Below are positions 35,832 to 45,748 of a stretch of DNA of 64,000 nucleotides, in pieces; position 1 is the stretch's first letter, and every line of letters starts with the position of its first letter. Position numbers and translations under genes: made by a program. The stretch lies in sequence record OR493421.1; one strand, given 5' to 3'. The notes under the pieces are model-generated. The model saw nothing but the letters and a program-made list of their open reading frames with translations, did no database searches and was not told where the DNA came from.

Positions 35832-37919
35832 TCATTCCGAGTTAGTGAGTGTAAAGAACATGGGGAGTAATCCGTAGGAAGAGGATTTCCTTGTTGTATT
35901 CTCTACTAACTCGGGATCGAGAGGCAACGTGGCTTCGCCAACAGACCCTGTATCAACACCACCGTAAGTATTAAAATCAACGATAGATGTTGTTTTGCCC
36001 TTCATGTCGATATTAGGTACGACGTGCAACATGGCCGGAAGCAGAACCGCCCTACTATCCATAGTAGAGGTGAAGGAATCCTTACGGATCCCCAAATCTA
36101 TGCGGGACCCTGCTTCAATAGTATTATTACCGTCGTCAATAGTCGTGTAAACGTGGATGGTGTAGCTAGAAAGCTCCAGCATCAGTTTAATAAGACTAGA
36201 TTGCAGCGTGCGTAACGTTACGTTTGAACTATCCCAGCCAGTTGCTAACGAGAACGTATCCCAAGCCAACCCTAATAACTCATCGTCAGTATAATTAGAG
36301 AAATCCAATTCCTTGTTAGCCAGCCAGGTATCAAAAGAGGTTACTTCACTTTTGATATCCCATTTGCCCCGCTCAAAGAAAGAGTCCGTTACGTTTTTAA
36401 CTACCGCCTGACGGAACTGATCGTGGTACTGAGCGTAGAACTTTTGGTATTTCCAAGCCAGCAAATAATTCTCTTTTGCTTTTTGATAAAAAGCATCAGT
36501 AGAAATTATCTTTTCGTACGGGACGTGAAGTTCGATGGCATCTTTTATCTGGTAATCGTATAAAAAGGAATTTGAACCCTTTTCCCTTAACTCGGAATAA
36601 GTGGGCGGGGTGATCTTTAATACGTTCTGATAAAAAACACCTTCCATTAAAGAGAGATCTTCGCCACGTATCCTTCTGGTCAGATACGTCCAGAGTATCA
36701 AGCCTTCTTTAACGGTCAATCTGAAGGTAGTCGCCTCTTTAGGGTTAGGGACGTCAATCACGGCGTTGTAATAACCGTTCTTAACAAGATAAACCCAATG
36801 GTGGTATGCGGAGTTCATCAGCGTAATAGCATGACGAGTGGTGTAATCCTCCATTTCCGATTCCAGTAACTTGGACGGGATGCTGGAGAATAACGCGAAC
36901 TTACCTTTGGCTTTGATATCATCTAGATATATTTCTTGTTGAGCCGGATTATCTTTAGCCAAAAGAGATTCTTTATCGATGATTTCTTCCGCAGTATAAA
37001 TCTTGTGCTTATCGGTATATCGATCGAGTAAGTTCAAGTTGTTTTTAATGAAGGCGACTGTTGGGGATAGATCTTCAATTTGATTTTCAGTATTGTAGGT
37101 TACCTCGAACTCAGCAATCGGTATCCCTCTTACCGTCAACAGATTTTGAATGAGCAAACCGAGCGTGTAGTTCTTCCCGGCATTATCCGCCAACCATTCA
37201 ATATTGCGATAAAGCCAAAGAGTCTGGACTCCGTTTAGCACATTTTTATACTGAGTGAAATCACCGTAGGAATTTAACCGCCCCCAGATATGGAAGTCGT
37301 GGACGTATCTCGTCCCTATGGCCTCTTCACGGATCGTCATTAACGCCCCTGGCATTAATCCGTACAGCGTAGCCAATACTACTGGGAGCATTAAGTTATC
37401 TGTGTAAAAGTATTCTGTCCCGAAATGCTGATGGCAGAACGCGTCAATCCAATCCTGGAGTCTCGGAATAACCTGATCTTCATTCCACAAAACTAAGTCT
37501 TCGTTATACCGAAGGATTTTATAGTTCTTGGCTCCAATGGCGTCATCTAACGCGATAGGATCCAATATCCCATTTATTAGCTCTCGTTGCGCGGGATAAT
37601 CAGTTACCAATCGGTTATACCAATAACCGGAAGAAAGATACGCCTTTTTAGTAATAAGGTGTTCTTCTAACGATTCTTTACTAAAAAGAATCTCTTCACC
37701 CGTATCCAGTGAGGACACGTACATCTTTACATCAGCAGCGTGATATTGGCCGTTTAAGTTAAGGTAGTACCGCCAAGTGCGTTTATCGTCACTGACGGGG
37801 TAACCAGCGGAGGTCAGCAACGAGTTATCTATAGTCGCTATGGCTTCACATTTGACGACCATGGTTCTGACCAAACTTATCGTATCCGCCACATACGCAT
37901 TAAAATCAATATTTTCCAT
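35832..37919 (-). CDS. probable baseplate/virion structural protein (695 aa)
   Basis: TWRYYLNLNGQYH..D..M.V.SLDT resembles a conserved phiKZ-family structural gene as I recall it; divergent from the portal. Confidence 0.6.
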   Translation of the reverse strand: MENIDFNAYVADTISLVRTMVVKCEAIATIDNSLLTSAGYPVSDDKRTWRYYLNLNGQYHAADVKMYVSSLDTGEEILFSKESLEEHLITKKAYLSSGYWYNRLVTDYPAQRELINGILDPIALDDAIGAKNYKILRYNEDLVLWNEDQVIPRLQDWIDAFCHQHFGTEYFYTDNLMLPVVLATLYGLMPGALMTIREEAIGTRYVHDFHIWGRLNSYGDFTQYKNVLNGVQTLWLYRNIEWLADNAGKNYTLGLLIQNLLTVRGIPIAEFEVTYNTENQIEDLSPTVAFIKNNLNLLDRYTDKHKIYTAEEIIDKESLLAKDNPAQQEIYLDDIKAKGKFALFSSIPSKLLESEMEDYTTRHAITLMNSAYHHWVYLVKNGYYNAVIDVPNPKEATTFRLTVKEGLILWTYLTRRIRGEDLSLMEGVFYQNVLKITPPTYSELREKGSNSFLYDYQIKDAIELHVPYEKIISTDAFYQKAKENYLLAWKYQKFYAQYHDQFRQAVVKNVTDSFFERGKWDIKSEVTSFDTWLANKELDFSNYTDDELLGLAWDTFSLATGWDSSNVTLRTLQSSLIKLMLELSSYTIHVYTTIDDGNNTIEAGSRIDLGIRKDSFTSTMDSRAVLLPAMLHVVPNIDMKGKTTSIVDFNTYGGVDTGSVGEATLPLDPELVENTTRKSSSYGLLPMFFTLTNSE

Positions 37920-37944
37920 GAGTCTTCTCTAAGAGTCTACATTT

Positions 37945-40920
37945 ATGAATAGAACGCGTTCAACCCGAGGATATGATTACCTCGATCAAACCAAACTCAG
38001 GGGTAATTTAAACAATATCAGCCCCTCGTTAAAAAGCGTCGTTCGGAACCTCGTTCGGGACGAGAGAGATCATACCAGAAATACGGATGAGAAAGAACGT
38101 AAAGTCCAACCTTCCAAATTAAAAAAGATCAGCGATATCATTGCCAACAATATCAATGCGGCAACTGACTTAAGGGAAATCACACCTTATGTTTCGCGGG
38201 CGGAATTAATCTGGAAGACGCTTCTCCTCTACCCGAACGGATTACAGGAAAGGATCCTTACTCACGATACTTTGCGGTCTCAATTTAAAAATACTAAGCT
38301 GCATGAAGAGTTGCTCCGTAAGACGGAAACCTACTATACCAGCGACTATAAAATCGAGAAGTTGTTACCGGAGTTCATCAAAGACGGGTTATTCGGCACA
38401 GGGTCCTACGTGCTTTTGAACATCTCTAGACCTGCGCTGGATCACCTTATCAACGGTCAACAGTTTGGGGAAGACGGAGTGACAGGTAACGAAAGTTACA
38501 TTAACACTCAGATAAAACCAGAGATTGAGAAGCAATTTAAAAATGTGGACGGTAAGTTTCTCGCCATCAACAAAGGATTGGTGAGGGGCCCTAAGCAGCT
38601 CAATAACGTCGTTCACGGGCTAGAGGCTTTGTTTAGTCACTCCGCCCCAGATGCCTCAACTGAATTCGAATTGATCGAGAATGATGAAGGCGAAGGGTTC
38701 GGGATTACCTTGACAGACAACCCGGCGGTTCTGGCTCTTCGTTCCGTGAATCAGGTTTTAACGAAGAAGATCGTTAACGACATCGGCGGGACAGAAGATC
38801 TCGCTTCCCTTATTAAATCTCGTCTAGAGAAAAAAGGTGAGGAAAGCGAAGAAGAGACTACGGCGACCAAGGATAAGAAAAAGGAAGATCCTAAGAAGTC
38901 GAATAAAGAACCTGACGACTCTAAGGCTAAACGTAAGAACGGGACGCCTAACGCTGATACTAAAACTCAGATCTTGTCGGAAAGCCAACTGGAAGTTCTT
39001 CAGAATGAGTTTTATCCGCACCGCAGTTACCCACATCGTCAAACCATCAGTGTTCGCAGTCCAGGGGTTTACGACACCTCAGTTTATGGCATTCCCTTAC
39101 GGTACCATATTCCGAGTGAAGCCTTTATTCCTGTTCATATGGAAGGTGATAGAACTAAGCTCATTGGTGGGTTCGCCTTGCTTGACCCGTCCAACGGTGA
39201 GTTCTTAAAAAGCACAAGAGACTTTAACTTCTATCAGTCCACTAAGGGTCAGAAAGATAAGATCGACACACCTAATAAAACGGGTGGAACCAACGCACTT
39301 ATCGCTAACCTGAAGAAAGTTCAGCAAGGTGCCGATTGTGACTTCGATATGTCAGAATTCACCCTGTTATCGAAGGATCAAATAGAAAAATCCCTTATCC
39401 AGGCTATTGCTTCCGGGGTGAGTGGGAAAAATATTTCTGTTGAATTGGTTGAAGCTAACCTGAAGATCTTCCTGGCTCGTTCTTTCAAGCAACAGGGTGT
39501 TCGGGTTCTTTACATTCCGGCAGAGTACTTCACCTACGTCGCGTTTGACTACAATAGCTTTGGTATTGGTTCTTCTTTAACCAACCAGGCTAAACTCCAT
39601 ATCGGTCGTTTGGCAGCATTGGATACTGCTGACATTCTGGCTAACTTGGATCAGGCTCAAACCCGTCAGCGTTTAGTGGTTGATCTGGAAGAAGACGACG
39701 TTGATCCGGATGGGACTATTGCTACGGCCAGGGCGCAGTTCTTCAGGGTGAACCCGACGCTTCACAACGTGGTAAACTCTGGTACTGTTTCAGTGCCCGA
39801 CATTGTTGAAGCAATGAAGACCCAATCCCTGATCGTTGAGGTTAATAGTAACGGTAACCCGTGGATGGTCGGACCCAAGATAACTCTGGAACCGGTTGAA
39901 CGCGGTAACTTCAAAGCTATTGACGAAACCTCCAGACAGAACCTCCTCAACAACATCGCCTCCACCTTTAAGCTCCAACGTACTTGGTTGGACGATAAAG
40001 AAGAAGGAACCAACTTCCAGGTCGAAGCATTGGCCGAGCAGGAAATGCTCCGCAACCAAACATTGATCTGGCAGAAGGTATTGGGTGACTTTGTTGCTGA
40101 GATCGAACGTAAGGATATGTTAGTTAACCAGGTTATGTTGAATCGTTTAGTCGACACCATTAACGAGAACAAATCGTTGTGGAAACCTGATAACGGCGAA
40201 GAGATAGAGGGGACTAACGAGCACATCGTTGAAGTTATCCTGGCTGACTTTATCAACAACCTCACCGTGACCTTACCGACTCCGGCTACTCAGGAATCAG
40301 TAACCAAACTGAAAGATAAAATTGATACCGTCAATCAGTTTGTAAACTCGTGGGTTGAAATGTCAGGTACGTCGGGCCTGATTGAAATGATCATGAACAA
40401 GGTTGACGCTAACGGCGGTCTGGATATTGAGAAAGCTAAATCCATTATTCGCAGCACTTATCTGATCGAGCTCTATGATCGATTCAACCTCCCTATGCCG
40501 TTCGATCTTATCGGTAACAAGGGTAAAGAAGGTGGGATCTATTCGTTAATCCACAACATATCTCAGTATGTAGACAACAGTGGAATGTTCTTAGAACAGT
40601 TCATGAAGGTCTGGAATAAAGAGACTGATCGACTGACTAAACGTTTGGAAAAGATCATGCCTGCGGAACAGCCTCCGGCGGATGAGTTCGGCACCCCACC
40701 TGCTGATGAGGGTACCCCTGAAGAGGGAACTCAGACAGACGACGATTTCTCTATAGAGGAAGATTTGCCTGGGGAAGGGGGAACGACTGAGGAAGAAGAG
40801 ACGGGAACAGGCACTTCCGAAGAAGAAGAAGAAGAAAACCAAACCGAGGAAGAAACAAAGACAGAAGAAGACGGCGATAAGAAAGACGACTTCCAAGTTG
40901 ATGATTCCATCCCGGAATAA
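37945..40920 (+). CDS. probable portal protein (phiKZ gp129 / SPN3US gp81-like)
   Basis: 991 aa; position relative to capsid, helicase and RNAP genes matches recalled phiKZ-family synteny; GxE maturation motif (VTGNES); acidic C-terminal tail. Confidence 0.55.
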   Translation: MNRTRSTRGYDYLDQTKLRGNLNNISPSLKSVVRNLVRDERDHTRNTDEKERKVQPSKLKKISDIIANNINAATDLREITPYVSRAELIWKTLLLYPNGLQERILTHDTLRSQFKNTKLHEELLRKTETYYTSDYKIEKLLPEFIKDGLFGTGSYVLLNISRPALDHLINGQQFGEDGVTGNESYINTQIKPEIEKQFKNVDGKFLAINKGLVRGPKQLNNVVHGLEALFSHSAPDASTEFELIENDEGEGFGITLTDNPAVLALRSVNQVLTKKIVNDIGGTEDLASLIKSRLEKKGEESEEETTATKDKKKEDPKKSNKEPDDSKAKRKNGTPNADTKTQILSESQLEVLQNEFYPHRSYPHRQTISVRSPGVYDTSVYGIPLRYHIPSEAFIPVHMEGDRTKLIGGFALLDPSNGEFLKSTRDFNFYQSTKGQKDKIDTPNKTGGTNALIANLKKVQQGADCDFDMSEFTLLSKDQIEKSLIQAIASGVSGKNISVELVEANLKIFLARSFKQQGVRVLYIPAEYFTYVAFDYNSFGIGSSLTNQAKLHIGRLAALDTADILANLDQAQTRQRLVVDLEEDDVDPDGTIATARAQFFRVNPTLHNVVNSGTVSVPDIVEAMKTQSLIVEVNSNGNPWMVGPKITLEPVERGNFKAIDETSRQNLLNNIASTFKLQRTWLDDKEEGTNFQVEALAEQEMLRNQTLIWQKVLGDFVAEIERKDMLVNQVMLNRLVDTINENKSLWKPDNGEEIEGTNEHIVEVILADFINNLTVTLPTPATQESVTKLKDKIDTVNQFVNSWVEMSGTSGLIEMIMNKVDANGGLDIEKAKSIIRSTYLIELYDRFNLPMPFDLIGNKGKEGGIYSLIHNISQYVDNSGMFLEQFMKVWNKETDRLTKRLEKIMPAEQPPADEFGTPPADEGTPEEGTQTDDDFSIEEDLPGEGGTTEEEETGTGTSEEEEEENQTEEETKTEEDGDKKDDFQVDDSIPE

Positions 40921-40937
40921 AAAAATAAGTAATTAAG

Positions 40938-40969
40938 TAACTCCTCTACCCTTACGGGTAGAGGAGTTA
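40938..40969. terminator. 14-bp hairpin between convergent genes
   Basis: TAACTCCTCTACCC-TTAC-GGGTAGAGGAGTTA. Confidence 0.7.
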
Positions 40970-40975
40970 ACTTTC

Positions 40976-41371
40976 TTATTCTTCGGTTTCTTCTTCTGAT
41001 TCGTACAGCGGAGTGATGTACTGATCGAAGGTGGCCGCCAGGGCGCTCATGCCCAGAGTCACGCCGTAACCTGCTGTGAATGCACCGACATCCGCGACCG
41101 GGGAATGCGTTCCCGTCAGGCCACTGAAGCCATCCGCGAGTTTACCAGTTTTGTACCCAACTAATCCGCCGACGACTGTGCCGACAACAGTTGATGGTTT
41201 GATACCTTGAGTGACGGTGCGATGCGCGCCGCCAACTACCGCGCCCAGTACACCGGCGATTCGACCGACCCGATAGTTGACATCGGTGGATTTGTGACCG
41301 GCCAGCATTTTCAGAATTTCTTCTTCCGACAGGGGAGCTTTGTTAACCGCAGGTTTGTTTGCCATATCCAT
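40976..41371 (-). CDS. glycine-zipper membrane protein, paralog A (131 aa)
   Basis: GRIAGVLGAVVGG, GTVVGGLVG; GAGG RBS; acidic C-terminus. Confidence 0.75.
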   Translation of the reverse strand: MDMANKPAVNKAPLSEEEILKMLAGHKSTDVNYRVGRIAGVLGAVVGGAHRTVTQGIKPSTVVGTVVGGLVGYKTGKLADGFSGLTGTHSPVADVGAFTAGYGVTLGMSALAATFDQYITPLYESEEETEE

Positions 41372-41439
41372 GATAATACCTCTTACGTTTTGATGTTGAG
41401 TTGCCTAAAATTTAACTACACTTAAACGAACTGGATGAT

Positions 41440-41832
41440 TTAGTTCGCTTCGACTTTGCTCGGGGTTAATGCCCCGCCGATGGACGCCCCGATAGTGCCG
41501 CACAGGAAGCCAATGTCAGCGGTGAGCAGTTTGTCAATGAACTGATTGCTCAGATCATCAGCGATACGACTACCCACATAAGCGCCGCCTGCGGTACCAA
41601 CCACGCCACCGATCAGCGTGCCGACAGATGGTTTGCTCGCCATGCTCAGAGCGGTGCCGATAACACCACCGATCACTGCGGCTTTCACGTGGCTTTTCTG
41701 TTTGTCGGTAGCTACGTAGCCACCGAGTTTTTCACAGATGTCGTCGAACAGGGAAGTTTCTGCATCAACAGCCAGCATTGCTTTAGCTTCGTCGAGTTCA
41801 GCGCCAGTCAGTTCAGTGTTTTCTTTTTTCAT
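41440..41832 (-). CDS. glycine-zipper membrane protein, paralog B (130 aa)
   Basis: AVIGGVIG, GTLIGGVVGTAGGAYVG, GTIGASIGG; AAGG RBS. Confidence 0.75.
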   Translation of the reverse strand: MKKENTELTGAELDEAKAMLAVDAETSLFDDICEKLGGYVATDKQKSHVKAAVIGGVIGTALSMASKPSVGTLIGGVVGTAGGAYVGSRIADDLSNQFIDKLLTADIGFLCGTIGASIGGALTPSKVEAN

Positions 41833-41895
41833 GATCGTATTTCCTTACTATTGATAGTTTAATTTAAGATGCATCGGATATTTCAGATGCGTTTA

Positions 41896-42468
41896 TTACT
41901 CTGCAACAACTTCAACTTCTTCATTGCTGAAGAAACGTTTGGCGACAAAGCCCGCGCCAAATACAGCGCCGCCACCGATAACGCCACCGGCAACAATACC
42001 TGCCGCGACATCAGCGTACTGATTACCCATACCGATCTGTTTCTTGTCAGCCAGATAACCCACGCCGTAAGAAACAGCAGCGCCGACCACACCAGCGCCG
42101 GCATTAATTGCGTTCGCACCTTCTTTTAAGATGGCCGCGCCAGCACCGAGTACTGCACCGACCGCCATCGCATTTCGCAGATTCAGATATTTGTGTTCGA
42201 CATGCCCGTTAACACTGGCAGCGACTTTGGCGACATCTTCTTCAGAAATGTTTTTCTGCGGTTCGACGTAGACCAGATCGGAAATACCGAACTCTTTGCT
42301 TACGATCGCGATCAGTTCCGCTTGCTCAGTTTCATTGAGCTCGAACTGCCAGATCTCACCATTAACCAAATTACGCAGCAGCTTTTCGCGGACACTGGCT
42401 TCCACGTCGTTGCAACCAGAGATGATACGAGCAGCGATTTCATTGATCATATCTTTACGAATTTCCAT
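41896..42468 (-). CDS. glycine-zipper membrane protein, paralog C (190 aa)
   Basis: AVGAVLGAG, AGAGVVGAAVSYGVG, AGIVAGGVIGGG; extra N-terminal helical segment; GAGG RBS. Confidence 0.75.
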   Translation of the reverse strand: MEIRKDMINEIAARIISGCNDVEASVREKLLRNLVNGEIWQFELNETEQAELIAIVSKEFGISDLVYVEPQKNISEEDVAKVAASVNGHVEHKYLNLRNAMAVGAVLGAGAAILKEGANAINAGAGVVGAAVSYGVGYLADKKQIGMGNQYADVAAGIVAGGVIGGGAVFGAGFVAKRFFSNEEVEVVAE

Positions 42469-42574
42469 TTTGGACCTCTTTAGTGAATAAGAATTAAAAT
42501 ACTTGTTGTTTATACACCTGAATGATATCGACTTATAAAAATCTTCATGTTAAAAAATTAAAGCTTTCTTACTC

Positions 42575-42602
42575 CCTACCACCCCCGTTAAGGAGTGGTA
42601 GG
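42575..42602 (-). terminator. hairpin of the dispersed family
   Basis: CCTACCAC-C-CC-CGTTAA-GG-A-GTGGTAGG; the C/A mismatch becomes a G-U pair on the minus strand. Confidence 0.55.
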
Positions 42603-42610
42603 AAAGACGA

Positions 42611-43246
42611 TTACTTTAATTTTTCTATCTGCTCGATCATCTTTTCTCTATCGATTCCAGTGATGGTGATGACGTTACCGTATTTGTCAGTAAAGCTCAT
42701 CACGATCTGTTCCCGCACCTCTATTTTAGGAACAACCTGGTAATCGGGGGTCGCCGAGAATGACCCAGCGGGCACACCGTAGGTCAGTTTAACCAAATCG
42801 TCTAATTTAGCATATTCCTTTGTTTGCATCCTGTAACCTTTTGGTTCCAGGTAGGGCAAAACACCTATGAGTTGATCGTACAACGCCCTTAAATTCAAAA
42901 AGGAATCAAGCTCAACCGTAGTTCCCAACATCAGTACAAATTTTTTATCTGTTGATATCCATAAGTCGTAATAAATCTTAAACGATTTAAGGTAATGCTC
43001 GTTAGTGATGGGATGATAATCAATCGTACACTCCGACTTATTCTTGGAAATGATTTCGGCGTACTGACCCATTAGGTAAAGACTCTCCGCCATGGAATCC
43101 TTCTGGCGTTCAGAGAATACCCCGGTCATGGAAGGATGGAGGCCGTAGACAAGTGACGAGCATTCCGCTTCATTTTCTGTAACATCGATGAGGGCCGGAA
43201 TTGACAACTGCGCGTGTTGACTAATTTTAAAAATTGGACGATTCAT
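42611..43246 (-). CDS. hypothetical protein (211 aa)
   Basis: AAGGA RBS; flanked by hairpins. Confidence 0.7.
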   Translation of the reverse strand: MNRPIFKISQHAQLSIPALIDVTENEAECSSLVYGLHPSMTGVFSERQKDSMAESLYLMGQYAEIISKNKSECTIDYHPITNEHYLKSFKIYYDLWISTDKKFVLMLGTTVELDSFLNLRALYDQLIGVLPYLEPKGYRMQTKEYAKLDDLVKLTYGVPAGSFSATPDYQVVPKIEVREQIVMSFTDKYGNVITITGIDREKMIEQIEKLK

Positions 43247-43281
43247 TTCGTATTCCTTTTTTGTGGGAAATGGTTATTAAG

Positions 43282-43310
43282 GGATACCCTCCCGTTAAGG
43301 AAGGATATCC
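43282..43310 (-). terminator. hairpin of the dispersed family
   Basis: GGATACCCTCCC-GTTAA-GGAAGGATATCC; both C/A mismatches are G-U on the minus strand. Confidence 0.55.
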
Positions 43311-43354
43311 GATAGTAACTACTTAATCGATTAAATGGTTCTAGGATGGTGGGG

Positions 43355-45748
43355 TTATTCAATTAATTTAAAATTAAGCATGCCTTGGGTTCTGACCACC
43401 TTACGCATAACAGCGACATTAGAATCAAATCCTGATGTGTTGAAAGTCCAAAGACTATCGTCACTAACAAAAGACAATACCTGTTCAACACCTTCTGGTA
43501 ACAAATCAGAAGCCTTCCCAAACGAACGTTCGATTAAAGAGAACATCTCTGGGAATGCTGAACGTTTTACGTTGATAACAGTCTTTTGTGTATTAGGGGC
43601 GAGGATATTACCGATACGGGTCACTACGACGTCTGTAAGGACGACCATAGCTTTCTTATCATTTTCCTTAGCTATCGCAGCCTGAGTTGGAGAACTCGGC
43701 AGAGCGCCATTCAAGAGCGCTGAACGCGTCTCACGCGGTGCAAACAATTTACACTTAGTGAAGAGTCGCTTAAACCGTTTAGGATCCACCAAAACGCTGA
43801 ACGTGTCGGGATCGTTTTTCTCTAAGTGATTAATCAGATTCTTGAGATTGCTGAAGATCCCATTAATTCTGAAGCGATATTGATCGTCACGATTGCCGCC
43901 GTAACCTCTCGTATCAACCAACCAACGGTTAACCGTGTCAGTGATATGAGTTTCAACAAATCCACGAAGTTCATCACAGCCGATATAATGATCCATCGTC
44001 TTTTGTATCTCTGAAACGAAATCAAAGAACGTAGGTGGAGTACCGCCGCCGTTACCTTTAACCAGCCAAGGTAAACGAAGGTAGATTTCTTCTACGATTG
44101 TGCTGTCTTCTACGAAGAAACGTTTCCAGTTCTCTACCGGGATCGCGACACCGAATAATCCTGATGTTGACGGTTTAACGGTTTCAAACATGGTATCGAC
44201 TACGGTCTCGATATTCCCAAAGCTATCACCTGTGACAACCTCGGGAACAACAACCGCTGTCGGGGCGTGTTCCATTACTTTAACTTTCTGTAACGGAACC
44301 ATTTCAATGCCAGTTTCTTCGTCCTTCTCTTTTGGTAGGACCACTTCATCGACGATGACCACGTTGCCTTGCTGGTCAGTCTCGAGATGCGGAAGTAGCA
44401 TCGCTGGGTTGGCTAAAGCCATGGCTGGAGTCACTCCTTCTATAAACAGAACATTGTCCACCCAACCGTCGTTGAGCTCGAAATTGATCTTGACGACTCG
44501 TATTCCGTATGTTCCGGCAAAAAGTTCACCATAGGGACGATAGGCTCGTTTGAACGCCTTGGAGAAATAACTCCAAGTGGTTTCATCAACAACGTATTTA
44601 TCGGTCCCTGGGATGCGTTTGAAGTTCTCTAAAGAGAAATCCGCCACGTTATCGGGATTGACGTTTTCGAAATCAACACGTTTAGTATGAAGCTCACCAA
44701 AGCTATACTGTTGTTGTGGCTGCTGTCCAGACCAATACGCTGCGTCGGGAGTTTGTTGTTGAGCCTGTTGATATTGGAACTCTTGGCGGTGACGAAGATT
44801 ATTCGCTACCCATTCATTGATCTCTCGGATCTCCTTCTGCTGTTGAGATTCTGTAGAATGCTGGAAACCTAACCACTCCATCCCACTCCCTGACGTCGAT
44901 CTGACCACATATTGACTCATGTTCTGATCTGGGTTTGGAGAAGTTTTAGGGACTGGACTCAGATCATTATACGGACTATCCATATTAAAGAACTGGAAGC
45001 ATTCCCCGGCGTAAGTAATGAACTTAGGTAATTTAGTCAATGTCAACTTAAGTTCGTTAGTCAGTTTGCTATATGCGTCTCTGCCATCAGCCGTTTTAGC
45101 AAACCAATCAACCATTTCTAAAAACATGGCGTTGGCGATACCAGTGCTGAAGAGGTTTTCTACCAGGCGTTGGTCAAGTGGGTTCTGAGCCATGATTTGT
45201 AAAGCAAAATCACGAGCGCCAAATGTCACACCACGACCTGCAATACGCAATTGCGCTGCCTGAGTATTCTTAATAACCTCTATGAACCTCCCTCTGATAG
45301 GACACAGCATAGGACCCGTATCAGGGACCAGTGCAAAGATATTATACGCGTTAAGGAAGAACTTATAATATCCGCTTGTGTTTCTCGTTTTAATGTCGTT
45401 GATAATACGCGCTGCGAATTTAGTTGCGTAAGCCTGCGCTTCCATTTTCAAAGCGTGTTCGAGTTCATCTTCCTGATGGCCTAAAAACTCATCCAAGAAC
45501 GCAGCATTAGGGTTTTGTGGTCTATCTACTTTCGACCAATCCCAACCGCCGGAGGCTGGGTTACTGTTCATGCCTCCCGTTGAAATCATTTTCATCATCG
45601 CAGACGGATCGAACATTTGTTGCTGTTGACCGTACATGCTGTTTTGTTGCATTCCTGTAGCCAAAGAACCGAAACCATTACCCATGCTCGGATCATCGTT
45701 AGGAATACCCACTCCATGACCGCGATTGGTAGGACGAATGCTGCTCAT
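43355..45748 (-). CDS. hypothetical protein with Q/G/M-rich low-complexity segments (797 aa)
   Basis: ATGA overlap with the RNAP subunit stop; QQAQQQ...GQQPQQQ tract. Confidence 0.75.
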   Translation of the reverse strand: MSSIRPTNRGHGVGIPNDDPSMGNGFGSLATGMQQNSMYGQQQQMFDPSAMMKMISTGGMNSNPASGGWDWSKVDRPQNPNAAFLDEFLGHQEDELEHALKMEAQAYATKFAARIINDIKTRNTSGYYKFFLNAYNIFALVPDTGPMLCPIRGRFIEVIKNTQAAQLRIAGRGVTFGARDFALQIMAQNPLDQRLVENLFSTGIANAMFLEMVDWFAKTADGRDAYSKLTNELKLTLTKLPKFITYAGECFQFFNMDSPYNDLSPVPKTSPNPDQNMSQYVVRSTSGSGMEWLGFQHSTESQQQKEIREINEWVANNLRHRQEFQYQQAQQQTPDAAYWSGQQPQQQYSFGELHTKRVDFENVNPDNVADFSLENFKRIPGTDKYVVDETTWSYFSKAFKRAYRPYGELFAGTYGIRVVKINFELNDGWVDNVLFIEGVTPAMALANPAMLLPHLETDQQGNVVIVDEVVLPKEKDEETGIEMVPLQKVKVMEHAPTAVVVPEVVTGDSFGNIETVVDTMFETVKPSTSGLFGVAIPVENWKRFFVEDSTIVEEIYLRLPWLVKGNGGGTPPTFFDFVSEIQKTMDHYIGCDELRGFVETHITDTVNRWLVDTRGYGGNRDDQYRFRINGIFSNLKNLINHLEKNDPDTFSVLVDPKRFKRLFTKCKLFAPRETRSALLNGALPSSPTQAAIAKENDKKAMVVLTDVVVTRIGNILAPNTQKTVINVKRSAFPEMFSLIERSFGKASDLLPEGVEQVLSFVSDDSLWTFNTSGFDSNVAVMRKVVRTQGMLNFKLIE

